In this document: piece after piece, positions 34,170 through 45,085 of the stretch
Numbering within the stretch: position 1 is the first letter of the stretch
Layout: each line of letters opens with the position of its first letter
Assembly: GCA_964409865.1 (NCBI GenBank)
Contig: CAYPGE010000004.1
Location: 1,740 to 65,739 of the forward strand
DNA: 64,000 nt
Origin: an uncultured Pirellulaceae bacterium
GTDB lineage: Bacteria > Planctomycetota > Planctomycetia > Pirellulales > Pirellulaceae
Direction of reading: 5' to 3'
Notes under the pieces: generated by a model
What the model was told of the DNA's origin: nothing
Database searches by the model: none
What the model saw: the letters and a program-made list of their open reading frames with translations, nothing else
Position numbers and translations under genes: made by a program

Positions 34170-36578
34170 ATGAAACGCGCGCTATTGCTCAGTTTGGGAC
34201 TCTTTTGTCTGTTGTTGACCTGCAGTCAGGCTTTCGCACAGGGGGTGCTGATCGTCATCGATCCACCGCACCCGGTGCCGTTGCCGAGGCCTTATCCGTG
34301 GTGGATCCCTCCGCCGCGACCGCCCCGGCCACCGGTTCCGCCTCCCGAGCCGCCGGCTTCTTACAAGATCAAGGAGTTGTCCCTACAAGCTCGGATCGTC
34401 GATCAGGTGGCTCGCGTCCAGGTGTCGCAGTCGTTTGTGAACACCGGCAGTCGCCAGATGGAGGTTTCGTTCGTGTTCCCGCTGCCCTATGACGGAGCGG
34501 TGGACCAGTTGACGTTCATGGTGGACGGCAAGGAGATCCCGGCCAAGTTGCTGCCGGCGAAGGAGGCGAGAGAGATTTACGAGGGCTACGTGCGCCGCAA
34601 CCTCGATCCCGCCCTACTGGAGTGGATCGGAACCGGCATGTTCAAGACGAACGTCTTCCCTGTACCGCCGGGCGCCGAACGCAAGGTCAATCTGCGGTAC
34701 AACCAGTTGTTGCGCAAGGACCGCCACGTGACCGATTTCCTGTTTCCGTTGTCGACGGCCAAGTACACATCGGCCCCGGTGGAACGGGTGTCGATCGAAG
34801 CTTCGATCGAGAGTACCATCGCTATCAAGAGCGTGTACAGCCCCACGCACACGATCGACGTCAAACGGTCCGACGATCGGCACGCCACGATCAAGTTCGA
34901 GGTTCAGAACCAGGTGCCGGCCACGGACTTCCGGCTGTTCTACGACGTGGCTAAGGGCGAGGTCGGGGCCAGCGTGTTGAGCTACCGGCCCAGTGCGGAC
35001 GACGACGGGTACTTCTTGCTGCTAGCCAGCCCGCAAATCAAGGCGGATTCCACTCAGCGGCCCCCCAAGACGACGATCTTCGTCGTGGACCGCTCCGGCA
35101 GCATGAGCGGCAAAAAGATGGAACAAGCCAAGGAAGCATTAAGATTCGTGCTGAACAATCTCCGCCAGGGAGACACGTTTAACATCGTCGCCTACGACAG
35201 CAGCGTGGAGTCCTTCCGGCCGGAACTACAGAAGCACGATGACGAGACGCGGAAGGCGGCGTTGGGCTTCATCGAGGGCCTGTACGCGGGCGGCAGCACG
35301 AACATCGACGGAGCGCTGACGGCCGCCTTGGGGATGATCCAGGACGCGAAACGGCCCAGCTACGTGATCTTCCTGACCGACGGACTGCCGACGGCGGGCG
35401 AGACGAACGAAAGCAAGATCGTCGACCGGGCCCGGCAAAACAACAAGCACCGGACGCGCGTGGTCAACCTGGGCGTGGGCTACGATGTCAACAGCCGCTT
35501 GTTGGACCGCTTGTCGCGGGTCAATTACGGCCAGAGCGAGTTCGTCCGTCCTGACGAGGACTTGGAAGTCCACGTCAGCCGGTTGCACAATCGCATCAGC
35601 GCCCCGGTGATGACCGAAGTCAAGGTCGATGTGGACGTCGAGAAGGCCAAGGTCGAAGAAGGGCCGCCCGTGAACCGCGTGTATCCGCGCGAGGTGTACG
35701 ACCTGTTCGAGGGCGAGCAATTGGTGCTGGTCGGCCGCTACAAACGGCCTGGCAATGCCAAGGTGGTGGTCAAGGGCAAGGTGGGCGACAAGGAGAACAA
35801 GTTCGACTTTCCGGCGGAACTGGTCGAAAAGAGCAAGGATGAATCGTATGCGTTCGTCGAAAAGCTGTGGGCCATGCGGCGGATTGGCGAGATCATCGAC
35901 GAGTTGGATCTGAAAGGCAAGAACGACGAGCTGATCCAGGAGTTGGTGGCGCTGTCCACCAAGCATGGGATTCTCACCCCGTACACGTCGTTCCTGGCCG
36001 ACGAGAACCCGCCGCCGCAACTGGCTGGCGGCCCGGCGTGGGGGTTGGAGCGGGCTCGCGAGGCCCTGCGCCGTCTCGATCAGGCGGAGGGCCGCGCGGG
36101 CTTTGCGCAGCGGGCGGAGAAGAAGTTCCTGCAAGAGGCGACGATCGCTCCGCTGGCCTCCGGCTTTGCTGCGCCCGTGGCGGAAGCGGCTGCGGACGCC
36201 GCGTACGGCCCCGGCATGATGGGCGGCGGGCTGCGCGGCGCCGGCGGCATGCCGGCTGCCTCAGCGCCAGCCCGTGCTTCCAGCCCCGTGGTCCGTTATC
36301 GTGACGTCGAGTCGGATCGCGAGGTCGCGGTACAAACCGTACAGATCGTCGGCAACGAGACCCTGTACAAGCGCGGCAGCCAGTGGTTCGCGGCCAGCGC
36401 CAGGGACGTGGATCTGAAGCGTGATGCGGACAAGGTCAAGACGCTGGAACGGTTCAGCGACGAGTACTTCAAGCTGGTCGCTGCCAACACGCCGACGGAA
36501 AACGCGGTGCTGGCCCGGCAGCAAGCGGGAGAGGAACTCGTGATCAAGCTGCGCGGCCAGATCTACTTGATCCGGTAG
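34170..36578 (+). CDS. VIT + vWA domain protein (mirror copy)
   Basis: Mirror of 29001..31409; the 802-aa translation is identical in the track. Confidence 0.9.
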   Translation: MKRALLLSLGLFCLLLTCSQAFAQGVLIVIDPPHPVPLPRPYPWWIPPPRPPRPPVPPPEPPASYKIKELSLQARIVDQVARVQVSQSFVNTGSRQMEVSFVFPLPYDGAVDQLTFMVDGKEIPAKLLPAKEAREIYEGYVRRNLDPALLEWIGTGMFKTNVFPVPPGAERKVNLRYNQLLRKDRHVTDFLFPLSTAKYTSAPVERVSIEASIESTIAIKSVYSPTHTIDVKRSDDRHATIKFEVQNQVPATDFRLFYDVAKGEVGASVLSYRPSADDDGYFLLLASPQIKADSTQRPPKTTIFVVDRSGSMSGKKMEQAKEALRFVLNNLRQGDTFNIVAYDSSVESFRPELQKHDDETRKAALGFIEGLYAGGSTNIDGALTAALGMIQDAKRPSYVIFLTDGLPTAGETNESKIVDRARQNNKHRTRVVNLGVGYDVNSRLLDRLSRVNYGQSEFVRPDEDLEVHVSRLHNRISAPVMTEVKVDVDVEKAKVEEGPPVNRVYPREVYDLFEGEQLVLVGRYKRPGNAKVVVKGKVGDKENKFDFPAELVEKSKDESYAFVEKLWAMRRIGEIIDELDLKGKNDELIQELVALSTKHGILTPYTSFLADENPPPQLAGGPAWGLERAREALRRLDQAEGRAGFAQRAEKKFLQEATIAPLASGFAAPVAEAAADAAYGPGMMGGGLRGAGGMPAASAPARASSPVVRYRDVESDREVAVQTVQIVGNETLYKRGSQWFAASARDVDLKRDADKVKTLERFSDEYFKLVAANTPTENAVLARQQAGEELVIKLRGQIYLIR

Positions 36579-36618
36579 TTCGAAGACCTCGGTACCGGCC
36601 TGACGCGGCACGTGGCTG

Positions 36619-36658
36619 CGATGAAGAAGTCCGGCTTTTTCGGAACAGCCGGGCTTCA
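36619..36658. repeat. Hairpin repeat family B (mirror copy)
   Basis: Mirror of 28921..28960. Confidence 0.6.
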
Positions 36659-36891
36659 GAGGCGGAGCGGTTATCGCCACAAGAACCACGAAAAGGCACG
36701 AAAAGTCCCTTGCCGTTCACTTCTCAGCTTTGTGCCCAGACCGTATATTGAGCTTTTGGCGTCCCAGTTCATCTGATGTGCGCGACGCACTCGCGTCATC
36801 GTAGGCCGCTCGCTCGGCGAGCGGCCTGCGATCGGCTGCGGCTGCTGGCCGCGTGAGAGTCTCAGTTCGTATCATGCGCGCATCTTGGCTT

Positions 36892-36973
36892 GGCGAGCGG
36901 GGTGGCGTCAGCCCCCCGGTTCCCGGCAAGTCGCCCGACTCAGAACCGGGGGGCTGACGCCGCCCCGCTCGCC
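36892..36973. repeat. REP-like hairpin family A (mirror copy)
   Basis: Mirror of 28606..28687. Confidence 0.8.
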
Positions 36974-37116
36974 AAGGATCGGCGAATCAACAACTGTCCA
37001 GTTTTTGTTTGCGATCATCACACGGAGCGTAATGGCTACTTTGAAATCGCGACAGTTATTGATTCGCCGATTCCAATTGGGTTGCGGGCACCGGCCCGCG
37101 TGAGGAGTTCACGTCG

Positions 37117-37323
37117 ATGTCCGGCCTCGACTCTCGTCCGCCGCTGAAAGGGGTCATTTACGAAGGCAATTCGGCCGTTGGCGGCGTCGTGTTGACGAGC
37201 CCCGACGAAGCGTTCGTCCAGGAGTTCAACCGCGAATACGCTAGGCTGGGGCTGCGCGTGGAAGCGCACCAGCCGCCCGTTGACGCGGGCCCGAAGCGAG
37301 CCGCTGTCCCTCCTGCGAAGTAG
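37117..37323 (+). CDS. Small hypothetical protein (mirror copy)
   Basis: Mirror of 28256..28462; the 68-aa translation is identical. Confidence 0.45.
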   Translation: MSGLDSRPPLKGVIYEGNSAVGGVVLTSPDEAFVQEFNREYARLGLRVEAHQPPVDAGPKRAAVPPAK

Positions 37324-37371
37324 GCGACTCGCTGCGTTCCGAAGGCCGCTCGAACTCCGGCAGACACCGGC

Positions 37372-38316
37372 TCATTCGACCCGCATCACGACGCCGCACT
37401 GCAGTGACTGGCCGGGCGGCAAAATCCTCAGACCGGAGTCGATTCCGCGCTCGCTGAGTTCAAACCCGTTGGGGCACCATGTCAGCGGTTCGATGCAGAC
37501 GGCTTGCCGATGCGGCGGATTGTAGACGACGCACTCCCGAAACTCAGGGCCGAACTCGACGGTCAGCCGCCGCCCGCTCTCCGGGTCGACAATCCCGCAC
37601 CGGCACCGTTGGCCGTCGAACTGGAGCGCGGTAAACGCGTCGTCGAAGTTCATTTGCCCGAACGGCAGGCCCGCCCGATACGCGTCTGGGGATTCGACCG
37701 GCACACGCCGTCCGGTGGCCAACATCTCGACCAGTTCCCAGCGCTGGCGGACGGGCAGTTCCACCAGGCACGACTCCGCGCGGCTTCCGCCCAGCGGCAC
37801 GCAAAAATAGGGATGCGTGCCGAAACCAAACGGCAAAGGCCGGGTGTCCGGGTTCTCGATCAGGAACGAGGACCGCAAGGCGGTTCCGGACAGCTCGTAC
37901 GTGGCCGTGATGCGGAAGTCGGCAGGCCACATGTCCAGCAGGCGTGGGGCGTCGATCGAGGCCTGAAATTGCCCCACGGCGCGGCGGGCGGACTGTTCCC
38001 GCACGCGCCACGGTCGAGCCAGCACGTAGCCGTGAATGGCATTGCCGCGCCGGTCGTCTCCTTCCAAAGGCCAGTCGCGTTCTTTCCAACGCAGCACCTG
38101 ACCGCGGATCCGTCCTGCGTAGGGAAACAGCAGCGGAATCCCGCTGCCGGAAGCTCGCTTCTGGCCGGTTTCAAAGCCCGGCTCCGACCACAGCACTTCG
38201 ATAGACCGGTCGTCGACAGGCACGCGAAACCGGTAACAATTGAACCCGAAGCCGGCCAAGATCGCCGCCGTGGCCCCTGTGCCGGGGTCAGTCAGGTGAA
38301 TCGTTTCCATAGCCAT
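37372..38316 (-). CDS. Aldose 1-epimerase family protein (mirror copy)
   Basis: Mirror of 27263..28207; the 314-aa translation is identical. Confidence 0.85.
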   Translation of the reverse strand: MAMETIHLTDPGTGATAAILAGFGFNCYRFRVPVDDRSIEVLWSEPGFETGQKRASGSGIPLLFPYAGRIRGQVLRWKERDWPLEGDDRRGNAIHGYVLARPWRVREQSARRAVGQFQASIDAPRLLDMWPADFRITATYELSGTALRSSFLIENPDTRPLPFGFGTHPYFCVPLGGSRAESCLVELPVRQRWELVEMLATGRRVPVESPDAYRAGLPFGQMNFDDAFTALQFDGQRCRCGIVDPESGRRLTVEFGPEFRECVVYNPPHRQAVCIEPLTWCPNGFELSERGIDSGLRILPPGQSLQCGVVMRVE

Positions 38317-38358
38317 TGAGCCTCCTCGTAACGTGGTCCCCCGTCGAAGACAGGTCCT

Positions 38359-38464
<106 letters not shown>

Positions 38465-38693
38465 GTCATCACGGAAGATGTTAATGCGGCGGGCAGCCAA
38501 AGCCAAGAGTGCGTGCGCCCTTTGCCGCGGTGTACTTGTCCGCACAGTCGGTCTTCTCGGCAAGATCGCCCCCGGTTCCGCGGTTGTTTGTGTACCAGTA
38601 AGCTTCCGCCGGATGGTCAGTCAAATAAACTGGGACGTGTTGCGCCGCCTCGGTGGTCGCACCGGTTGAGTCGATTTCCGGGGGCCACGCCTG

Positions 38694-39986
38694 GTGGCAC
38701 GTCGGGCCCAGCCGGATTTTTTCATCGCCAGCCGTTCTCGTTCCATGATCTCGGATTCAGCCTTGAGTTGCGCCTCACGTTTGGCGATCTGTGCCGGATT
38801 GCTGGCATGGCTCGGTTGCAGCGTTCCTCCTCCGCCGCCTCCGCCGCCGGCGGCGGAGACGGACGTGATCGACTTTTATCAGGCTGCCGGCATGACGCAG
38901 GCGGAATTGGCGGGGTTCCTGGAAGGCTTGGAACTGCGGGAAAACCTGCACGATTACCCATTGTACATCTTGCTGCAGAATGGCGAGGGCGACTATCTGG
39001 CGGACAGCCGTGTGATTGTCCGCTGGGTCGGCGGGGAAAATCGCTTGCTAGTCGGCAAGTCGGGCGTGATCCAGGTTCTGTTGGAGAAGCGGAAGTTGCC
39101 CGGCTTGCGGCTGATCGTTCCTCGCGGTTTCACTCGCCTGACACAACGGACGATTCCGTTGGGAACCGCCTATGTGCCCGAAGGCACGCTGGACACGGCC
39201 GGCCTGGACTACCATGTGCGTCTTGACGGTGAGATCAGCAGTACCCTGAGCCGCGGTCTGCACCGCATGAAGGCCCTTGGCCAGATACTGGACGACGCCA
39301 CGGTTCGGCGGCAACTCCGGCGCAAATCGGTCTCCCTGACGCTGTCCGAGCCGCCCGGCGAAGAACTCACGCCAGCCGAGATCTACCGACGGCGCTGCGA
39401 CGCGGTCGTGGTGATGGGGACGCTGCTGGGGGAAAGCGGATTTGCGGTCGGCGCAGGCGTCGTTTTGGACCCTTCCGGCGTCATCGCCACGGCTTACCAC
39501 GTGATTGACAAGCCGCCGCCGGTCACGGCTCGCGGTGTGATGACGCTCGACGGCAGCATCTACCCCATCCGCGAAATCCTGGCCGCGGACAAGCCCGGTG
39601 ATGTGGTCCTCCTGAAGATCGACGCCTCTGACCTCGCCGCCGCGCCGCTGTCGCACGGCGATCCTGAGGGCACACCGGTCACGGTGATCTCGCATCCGTC
39701 TTCCAAGTTCTACAGCCTGACGCAAGGTCACATCAGCCGCTACTGGGCAGTGACTTCGTACGGTGGGCTCAGCACCCGCCTGTCGATCACCGCCGATTTC
39801 GCGGACGGCGCCAGCGGTGGTCCGATCTTCAACTCGTGCGGCGCCGTAACCGGCCTCGTGTCTGCCACAGAGGCCTTCGGCAATCAGATGGTCTGCCGAT
39901 ATGGTCCTCCTGCGGACGTCATCCGCCGACTGACACGGCCCGTGACCGACGCTCCGCAGGGGCCGGAAGCCGAGCGGGGGAATTAG
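38694..39986 (+). CDS. Trypsin-like serine protease (mirror copy)
   Basis: Mirror of 25593..26885; the 430-aa translation is identical. Confidence 0.85.
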   Translation: MARRAQPDFFIASRSRSMISDSALSCASRLAICAGLLAWLGCSVPPPPPPPPAAETDVIDFYQAAGMTQAELAGFLEGLELRENLHDYPLYILLQNGEGDYLADSRVIVRWVGGENRLLVGKSGVIQVLLEKRKLPGLRLIVPRGFTRLTQRTIPLGTAYVPEGTLDTAGLDYHVRLDGEISSTLSRGLHRMKALGQILDDATVRRQLRRKSVSLTLSEPPGEELTPAEIYRRRCDAVVVMGTLLGESGFAVGAGVVLDPSGVIATAYHVIDKPPPVTARGVMTLDGSIYPIREILAADKPGDVVLLKIDASDLAAAPLSHGDPEGTPVTVISHPSSKFYSLTQGHISRYWAVTSYGGLSTRLSITADFADGASGGPIFNSCGAVTGLVSATEAFGNQMVCRYGPPADVIRRLTRPVTDAPQGPEAERGN

Positions 39987-40222
39987 TTCGGCCTATTTGT
40001 CAGCCGCGGGGTGCTAGCCCCCGGTTGACCAGTCGCGACACAAGCCGAACGGTGGCGCGTTGTCATCGCCAGAATTTGGGGCTGAACCTGGCAACCGGAG
40101 CAAACCAGGGCTAGCGCGCCCCCGGCTGATCCCAAGGCCCGTCCAGCAGACCCGAGCCACAAGAGGCACAGAAACGCACAACAAACGAAATGCGCGACGG
40201 ACTCTTTGTACCACGTGGCGTG

Positions 40223-40903
40223 CTACTGACCGGCGCGACGCAGGGCTTCGAGCAGTCCGCCGACGTCGCCGTGGACTTCGGACGTCGCCCGCACGACCAA
40301 GGCCATCAAGGGGCGGAAGTAGAACATCGAGCCCTGGCCGCCGTTGACGTCCCAGGATTGGGGGCTGATTGTGCGTTGGATCAGATCGATCAACTCCTGG
40401 GCGTGGTCGTTGGCCGTTCCGCCTCCGAATGCCGCGCCGCTGTAAGCCAGCACGTAGCTCGGGCCCCCCAGCGTGTAGCTGGAATAGCTGATCTGCGACG
40501 CCAAGCTCGCAGCCGCGTCCTGGATCGCTTGCGTTTCGCCTTCGCGGAGCGATCGGCTGGACGAGCCGCCAGACTCGCGGGCGAGACGTTGTTCGAGTTC
40601 CCGTTTAATCCGCGTCAGGCGACTCCAGAGCTTGGCCCGGTAGCTCTTCAGAACGTCGCTCGCCTCCCGCCGCGGGTCAACGCTCAGTTCGCCATACAAG
40701 TCGCACATCATGTGCACGGCCGCAGTTCGCGCCTCGGACGTCTTGGCGTGCGTCTCCGCTCGCAAGGCTTGGGAGATGTCATTCTCGATCTCGTGGTAAC
40801 GGCGCGGAGCAACCGCGGGCGTCCCCGATGTGTCGGCTCCCGCCGGCGGCCTGCTGTCGGCAACCACCAGGGCCAGACCCAGCGCAATTGTCCAAATGGT
40901 CAT
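40223..40903 (-). CDS. Secreted hypothetical protein (mirror copy)
   Basis: Mirror of 24676..25356. Confidence 0.7.
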   Translation of the reverse strand: MTIWTIALGLALVVADSRPPAGADTSGTPAVAPRRYHEIENDISQALRAETHAKTSEARTAAVHMMCDLYGELSVDPRREASDVLKSYRAKLWSRLTRIKRELEQRLARESGGSSSRSLREGETQAIQDAAASLASQISYSSYTLGGPSYVLAYSGAAFGGGTANDHAQELIDLIQRTISPQSWDVNGGQGSMFYFRPLMALVVRATSEVHGDVGGLLEALRRAGQ

Positions 40904-40942
40904 GAGCGCGACTCCAATTCTATGTTTGCCTTGACCCAGACT

Positions 40943-41623
40943 TTATCCTAGCGGGTCGTCCGGGAAATCGCAACGGTTGGCGACGGCTTTGGCTTCCCAC
41001 CGGTCAAACCAACGGCCCAGTAGCCGGGCGTCGAAGCAGATGCCGCAGAACAGGCAGGCGATCGCCGCCCCGGCCATCGTATCGCTCAGGTAATGGGCCG
41101 TCGCTTCGACTCGCTGCAACGCGGCCAGTACGGCAAAAAAAACAAAAAGCCACCGGCCGCGCGGATAAAGGGCCGACAGGCCGATGGCCAGCGCCGTGGC
41201 CACAATCGCGTGCCCCGATGGGAACGATTGGACTTCGAGAGAACGACTCGCCCGCGGCACGTTGCCGCTCCACACCGGGAACCAGCCGATAAAGCTGTCC
41301 CAGACATGATCGACCATCAGTGTCCGGGGACGCAAGCGACCCACGACCAGCTTTGCCAAGTTGGCCAGCAGACCGGCTGCGAAGACGCTGATCACCACAC
41401 GAACCATGTGGCGACGATGGCTGGCGTCGAGCACGAAAGCGGTCAGCAGTATGCATGCCGCCCCCAAACCGTGTGCGAAGACCTCCGCCAGTGACAGCAG
41501 CGTGTCAAAGAAGTCGGGAACTAACCCGTCTTTGCAGAACTTGGCGATGGGAGTGTCGACGGGCAATGCCAGCGCCGTGGCGACGAGGAACAAGGCGGCT
41601 AACCAATACAACCGGCGACTCAA
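40943..41623 (-). CDS. PAP2-superfamily phosphatase (mirror copy)
   Basis: Mirror of 23956..24636. Confidence 0.85.
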   Translation of the reverse strand: MSRRLYWLAALFLVATALALPVDTPIAKFCKDGLVPDFFDTLLSLAEVFAHGLGAACILLTAFVLDASHRRHMVRVVISVFAAGLLANLAKLVVGRLRPRTLMVDHVWDSFIGWFPVWSGNVPRASRSLEVQSFPSGHAIVATALAIGLSALYPRGRWLFVFFAVLAALQRVEATAHYLSDTMAGAAIACLFCGICFDARLLGRWFDRWEAKAVANRCDFPDDPLG

Positions 41624-41953
41624 GCAACCATCCTCCCTATCAGAACCGTTCGGTAGCGTGCGACGCGAAATGCAGCCTCGGTCCGGCGCCCGAAAGGAAA
41701 CTCCACTGACGTTGCGAGGATGGGAGATTAGCAGGTTTGCGGATTCTACGAAAGGTCAGGAGAGGTGCTTGAGGCACAAGTTGCAGCCTTGCCAGATGAT
41801 CACAGACGTCGAAGTCGTGGGATTTCGCGTGAAGCAACGAAAGACCGTAGTCGCACGACTTGGGCCACTTCGCCGGTTGATCTTGTCTGGCATCGCCAGT
41901 CTTTCTAAACTTCCGCGCCCGTTGCATCATTAACTCGGAGTGGGCCAGAAGAC

Positions 41954-43780
41954 ATGCGCGACCAGCGAAATCACGAATTCGTGAAGATCGGCATTCATGG
42001 CGTTGTCATCATCGCCTTGGCATCGGTGGTCATGTTCACGAATTTGGGGGGAACGCGGCTGTGGGATCGCGACGAGCCTCGAAACGCGGGCTGTGCGCTG
42101 GAGATGATGCAGCGTGGCGACTGGGTGGTGCCGGTGTTCAACGCCGAGCTGCGGGCACACAAGCCGGTCCTGCTGTACTGGTTGATCATTTCAGCCTACA
42201 ACACGTTCGGCGTGAACGAATTTGCGGCACGTTTCTGGTCCGCTGCTTTGGCCATCGGAACCGCGTTGGCGACGTATGGGATCGGCCGCAGGCTATTCAA
42301 CGCCAACGTTGGGCTGTGGGCCGGAATCGTCTTGGCGAGCAGTCTGATGTTCGTCCTGGCGGGGCGGATCGCAACGCCTGACTCGGTGCTGATTTTCTTC
42401 TCCACGGCGGCCATGTTGGTCTATGTGCTGGGAGCGTTCCCGGCCGATGGCACCTACTTCCCAAGGCGTTGGGCGACCGTCGCGGCCATGTACGGCCTGA
42501 TGGGCCTGGCGGTCCTGGCCAAGGGTCCGGTGGGTGCAGTCCTGCCCAGTGCTGTGATCGGGATGTTTTTGCTGATCGTGCGGCTGCCTGACATCGCTCG
42601 ACCGGCTGGAATGTCTGCCTGGCGATGGTGGCTGCTGCGCGTCCTCCGGCCGTTTGCCCCAGGGCACTTCCTGCGCACCTGCTGGTCGATGCGGCCTTTG
42701 ACCGCCGTGGCCGTCGTGCTGGCGGTCGCCGGCCCGTGGTACGCGTGGGTTGGTTGGCGAACGGACGGCGAATTTCTACGCGTCTTCTTCTGGGATCACA
42801 ACTTGGGTCGGGCTGCTCATTCGATGGAAGGTCACGCGGGAGGGCCGTGGTTCTATCCCGTCGCGATCCTCGTCGGTTTCTTTCCATGGTCGGTGTTTGC
42901 AGCGCCGGTGATTGCCGACGTGACGGCGTCGGTCCGCAAGAAGGAGTCTTGGGCGCCGTCGTGCCTGTTTGCCGTTTGCTGGATCGGCGTGTACGTGGCC
43001 TTGTTTTCGCTGGCCCGGACCAAGCTTCCCAGCTACGTGACACCCTGTTATCCGGCGTTGGCGCTTCTGACGGCTTGTTTCATCCAGCACTGGATACGAG
43101 ACACAGCGGCCGGCTGGCGTCATTGGCCCGCCGGGGCGATTGTGACGCTGGGCGTCGTGGGCCTGGTGATTGTGGCCGCCATCCCGTTTGCCGCCCAGAG
43201 GCTGTTGCCCGGCGAGACGTGGCTGGCAGCCGTAGGCTTGGTTCCGTTGGCCGGCGCCGTCGCCGCCTTTGTTTTCCAGCATAGACAGCGTTCTTCCCAA
43301 GCCGCCTGGACGGTGGCCGTGACCGCCGTCGCTTTCACCACAGCCTTGTTCGGCTGGGCTGCAGCGCGGGTGGACCGTCACCAGCAGAATCATCTCTTGT
43401 GGGCCGCGATCCAACGTTCGGGTGGCGCGCCCCGCATCGGTGCCTTCGGGCGCTTGGAGCCGACCTGGATTTTCTACGGTGGCCGGCCCATCGACGAATT
43501 GGCGTTGGACACGACCGGTGCGGAGGAATCACGCGCAGGCAGGTGGAGCCCCAAGCCGCGTCCGTCCGCCGCGGAGTTCTTTGGGCAAGGCCAGGACCGT
43601 TTTATCATCACGACGGATCGTCGCTGGGAGGAGTTGCGAGCGCTCTTGCCGCCTCACGCCGCCGTGCTGGCCGAGTGCCCGCTTTTCTTGCGTCGAGAGC
43701 GACTGCTGCTCGTCGGTGCCGCGCCGCCCGCGGCAAGAACCGCTCACGCCGGCCAGGAAACGGCCGCCCCCCTTCGTTGA
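41954..43780 (+). CDS. GT39 ArnT/PMT-like glycosyltransferase (mirror copy)
   Basis: Mirror of 21799..23625; the 608-aa translation is identical. Confidence 0.9.
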   Translation: MRDQRNHEFVKIGIHGVVIIALASVVMFTNLGGTRLWDRDEPRNAGCALEMMQRGDWVVPVFNAELRAHKPVLLYWLIISAYNTFGVNEFAARFWSAALAIGTALATYGIGRRLFNANVGLWAGIVLASSLMFVLAGRIATPDSVLIFFSTAAMLVYVLGAFPADGTYFPRRWATVAAMYGLMGLAVLAKGPVGAVLPSAVIGMFLLIVRLPDIARPAGMSAWRWWLLRVLRPFAPGHFLRTCWSMRPLTAVAVVLAVAGPWYAWVGWRTDGEFLRVFFWDHNLGRAAHSMEGHAGGPWFYPVAILVGFFPWSVFAAPVIADVTASVRKKESWAPSCLFAVCWIGVYVALFSLARTKLPSYVTPCYPALALLTACFIQHWIRDTAAGWRHWPAGAIVTLGVVGLVIVAAIPFAAQRLLPGETWLAAVGLVPLAGAVAAFVFQHRQRSSQAAWTVAVTAVAFTTALFGWAAARVDRHQQNHLLWAAIQRSGGAPRIGAFGRLEPTWIFYGGRPIDELALDTTGAEESRAGRWSPKPRPSAAEFFGQGQDRFIITTDRRWEELRALLPPHAAVLAECPLFLRRERLLLVGAAPPAARTAHAGQETAAPLR

Positions 43781-44026
43781 CGGCACGCCAGCGGTGCTGC
43801 GGGAATGGAGCAGCCCGTGGACTGCGGCGGGCATGCACTCGTCTCGGCGGCGATCTTCGGGCGGTCCGCCCTTGGTCACCCGAAACTGGCACAATCGGCT
43901 TGGTATTCGGACAGCTCTTCGGTTACACTGGACGGCCAGTGGGAAGCGCGAAGGAACCGTTCTGGCGTCTTCCCCGCGGCGGGTTCCGCCGTGGCGAGCC
44001 GGTCTCAATCCACAGGAGATCTCCCC

Positions 44027-45085
44027 ATGTCATGCACAGGCAACAGTCGGCGCGATTTTCTCAGGACCAGTTCTACCGTTGCGGCGGGCGCCGCGTTGGC
44101 GCCCTTGGTCGCGGCGCAAGCCGCGCCGGTCGATCCGAGCAAGATCCTGAACTACAACCCGAAGATGACTTATCGGCCCCTGGGTAAAACGGGCTTCATG
44201 ATCTCGGAAATCTCGCTGGGCGGCCATGGCGGACGATCCGTGGAGGACCGCGTCCCGGTGCTGGAAAAGGCAGTTGAGCTAGGACTGAACTACGTCGACA
44301 ACAACATCGACGGCGAGTGCGATCTGTACGGCGCGGCAATGGCCCAAACGAAGACCGCCGGCCGTGACAAGTGGTTCATCGGTTTCGCGTCCTGGCCGGA
44401 GAAGATCACGCCGGACTACGAAGACCAGCTGACGCCCGAAGGGATGACGAAGAACATCGAGGCGCGGCTGAAATCGTACAAGACCGAGATGCTGGACATG
44501 TGGCGTCCCGTCGGCGCGACGTGGGGGCCCGGCCAGAACAATCTCGGCACGTTGATGGACGTCAACGAAAAAACGCTCGATGCGGTGGTTCAAGTGTTCG
44601 AGAAGGCCAAGCAGCAGGGCAAGGTCCGCTTCCTGGGCGTCTCGGCCCACAACCCGAAAGTCTTTCGCAAGGTGCTGGGAAAATATCCTCAGTTTGACGT
44701 CATCATCTTCCCGTATCTGTTCCTGACCAAGGAACTGGGAGGCGACAGCCTGTTGAAGCTGGCCCAGGAGAAGAACGTCGGCGTGATCGGTCTGAAGCCA
44801 TTCGGTGCCGGCACGACCTTCGGCATCAAGCCGCGGGAAATCAAGGATCGCATCGACAGCCGCGCCCGCGTGCTGGTCAAGGAAATGCTGCAGGAGCCGC
44901 GTTTGTCCGCCATCATTCCCGGCGTCAACATCCCGGAGCAATTGGAGGAAAACGTGAAGGGCTCTCACGAGAAAGGCACGCCCTCGACACCCGCGGACAA
45001 GGCGGCCTACGAACAGTGCCTGCGCAACTTCTATGCCCATCTCACCCCGGACTACCAGTGGTTGCACAAATGGCACTACGTCTGA
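44027..45085 (+). CDS. Tat-signal aldo/keto reductase (mirror copy)
   Basis: Mirror of 20494..21552; ATG 44027 is preceded by AGGAG. Confidence 0.9.
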   Translation: MSCTGNSRRDFLRTSSTVAAGAALAPLVAAQAAPVDPSKILNYNPKMTYRPLGKTGFMISEISLGGHGGRSVEDRVPVLEKAVELGLNYVDNNIDGECDLYGAAMAQTKTAGRDKWFIGFASWPEKITPDYEDQLTPEGMTKNIEARLKSYKTEMLDMWRPVGATWGPGQNNLGTLMDVNEKTLDAVVQVFEKAKQQGKVRFLGVSAHNPKVFRKVLGKYPQFDVIIFPYLFLTKELGGDSLLKLAQEKNVGVIGLKPFGAGTTFGIKPREIKDRIDSRARVLVKEMLQEPRLSAIIPGVNIPEQLEENVKGSHEKGTPSTPADKAAYEQCLRNFYAHLTPDYQWLHKWHYV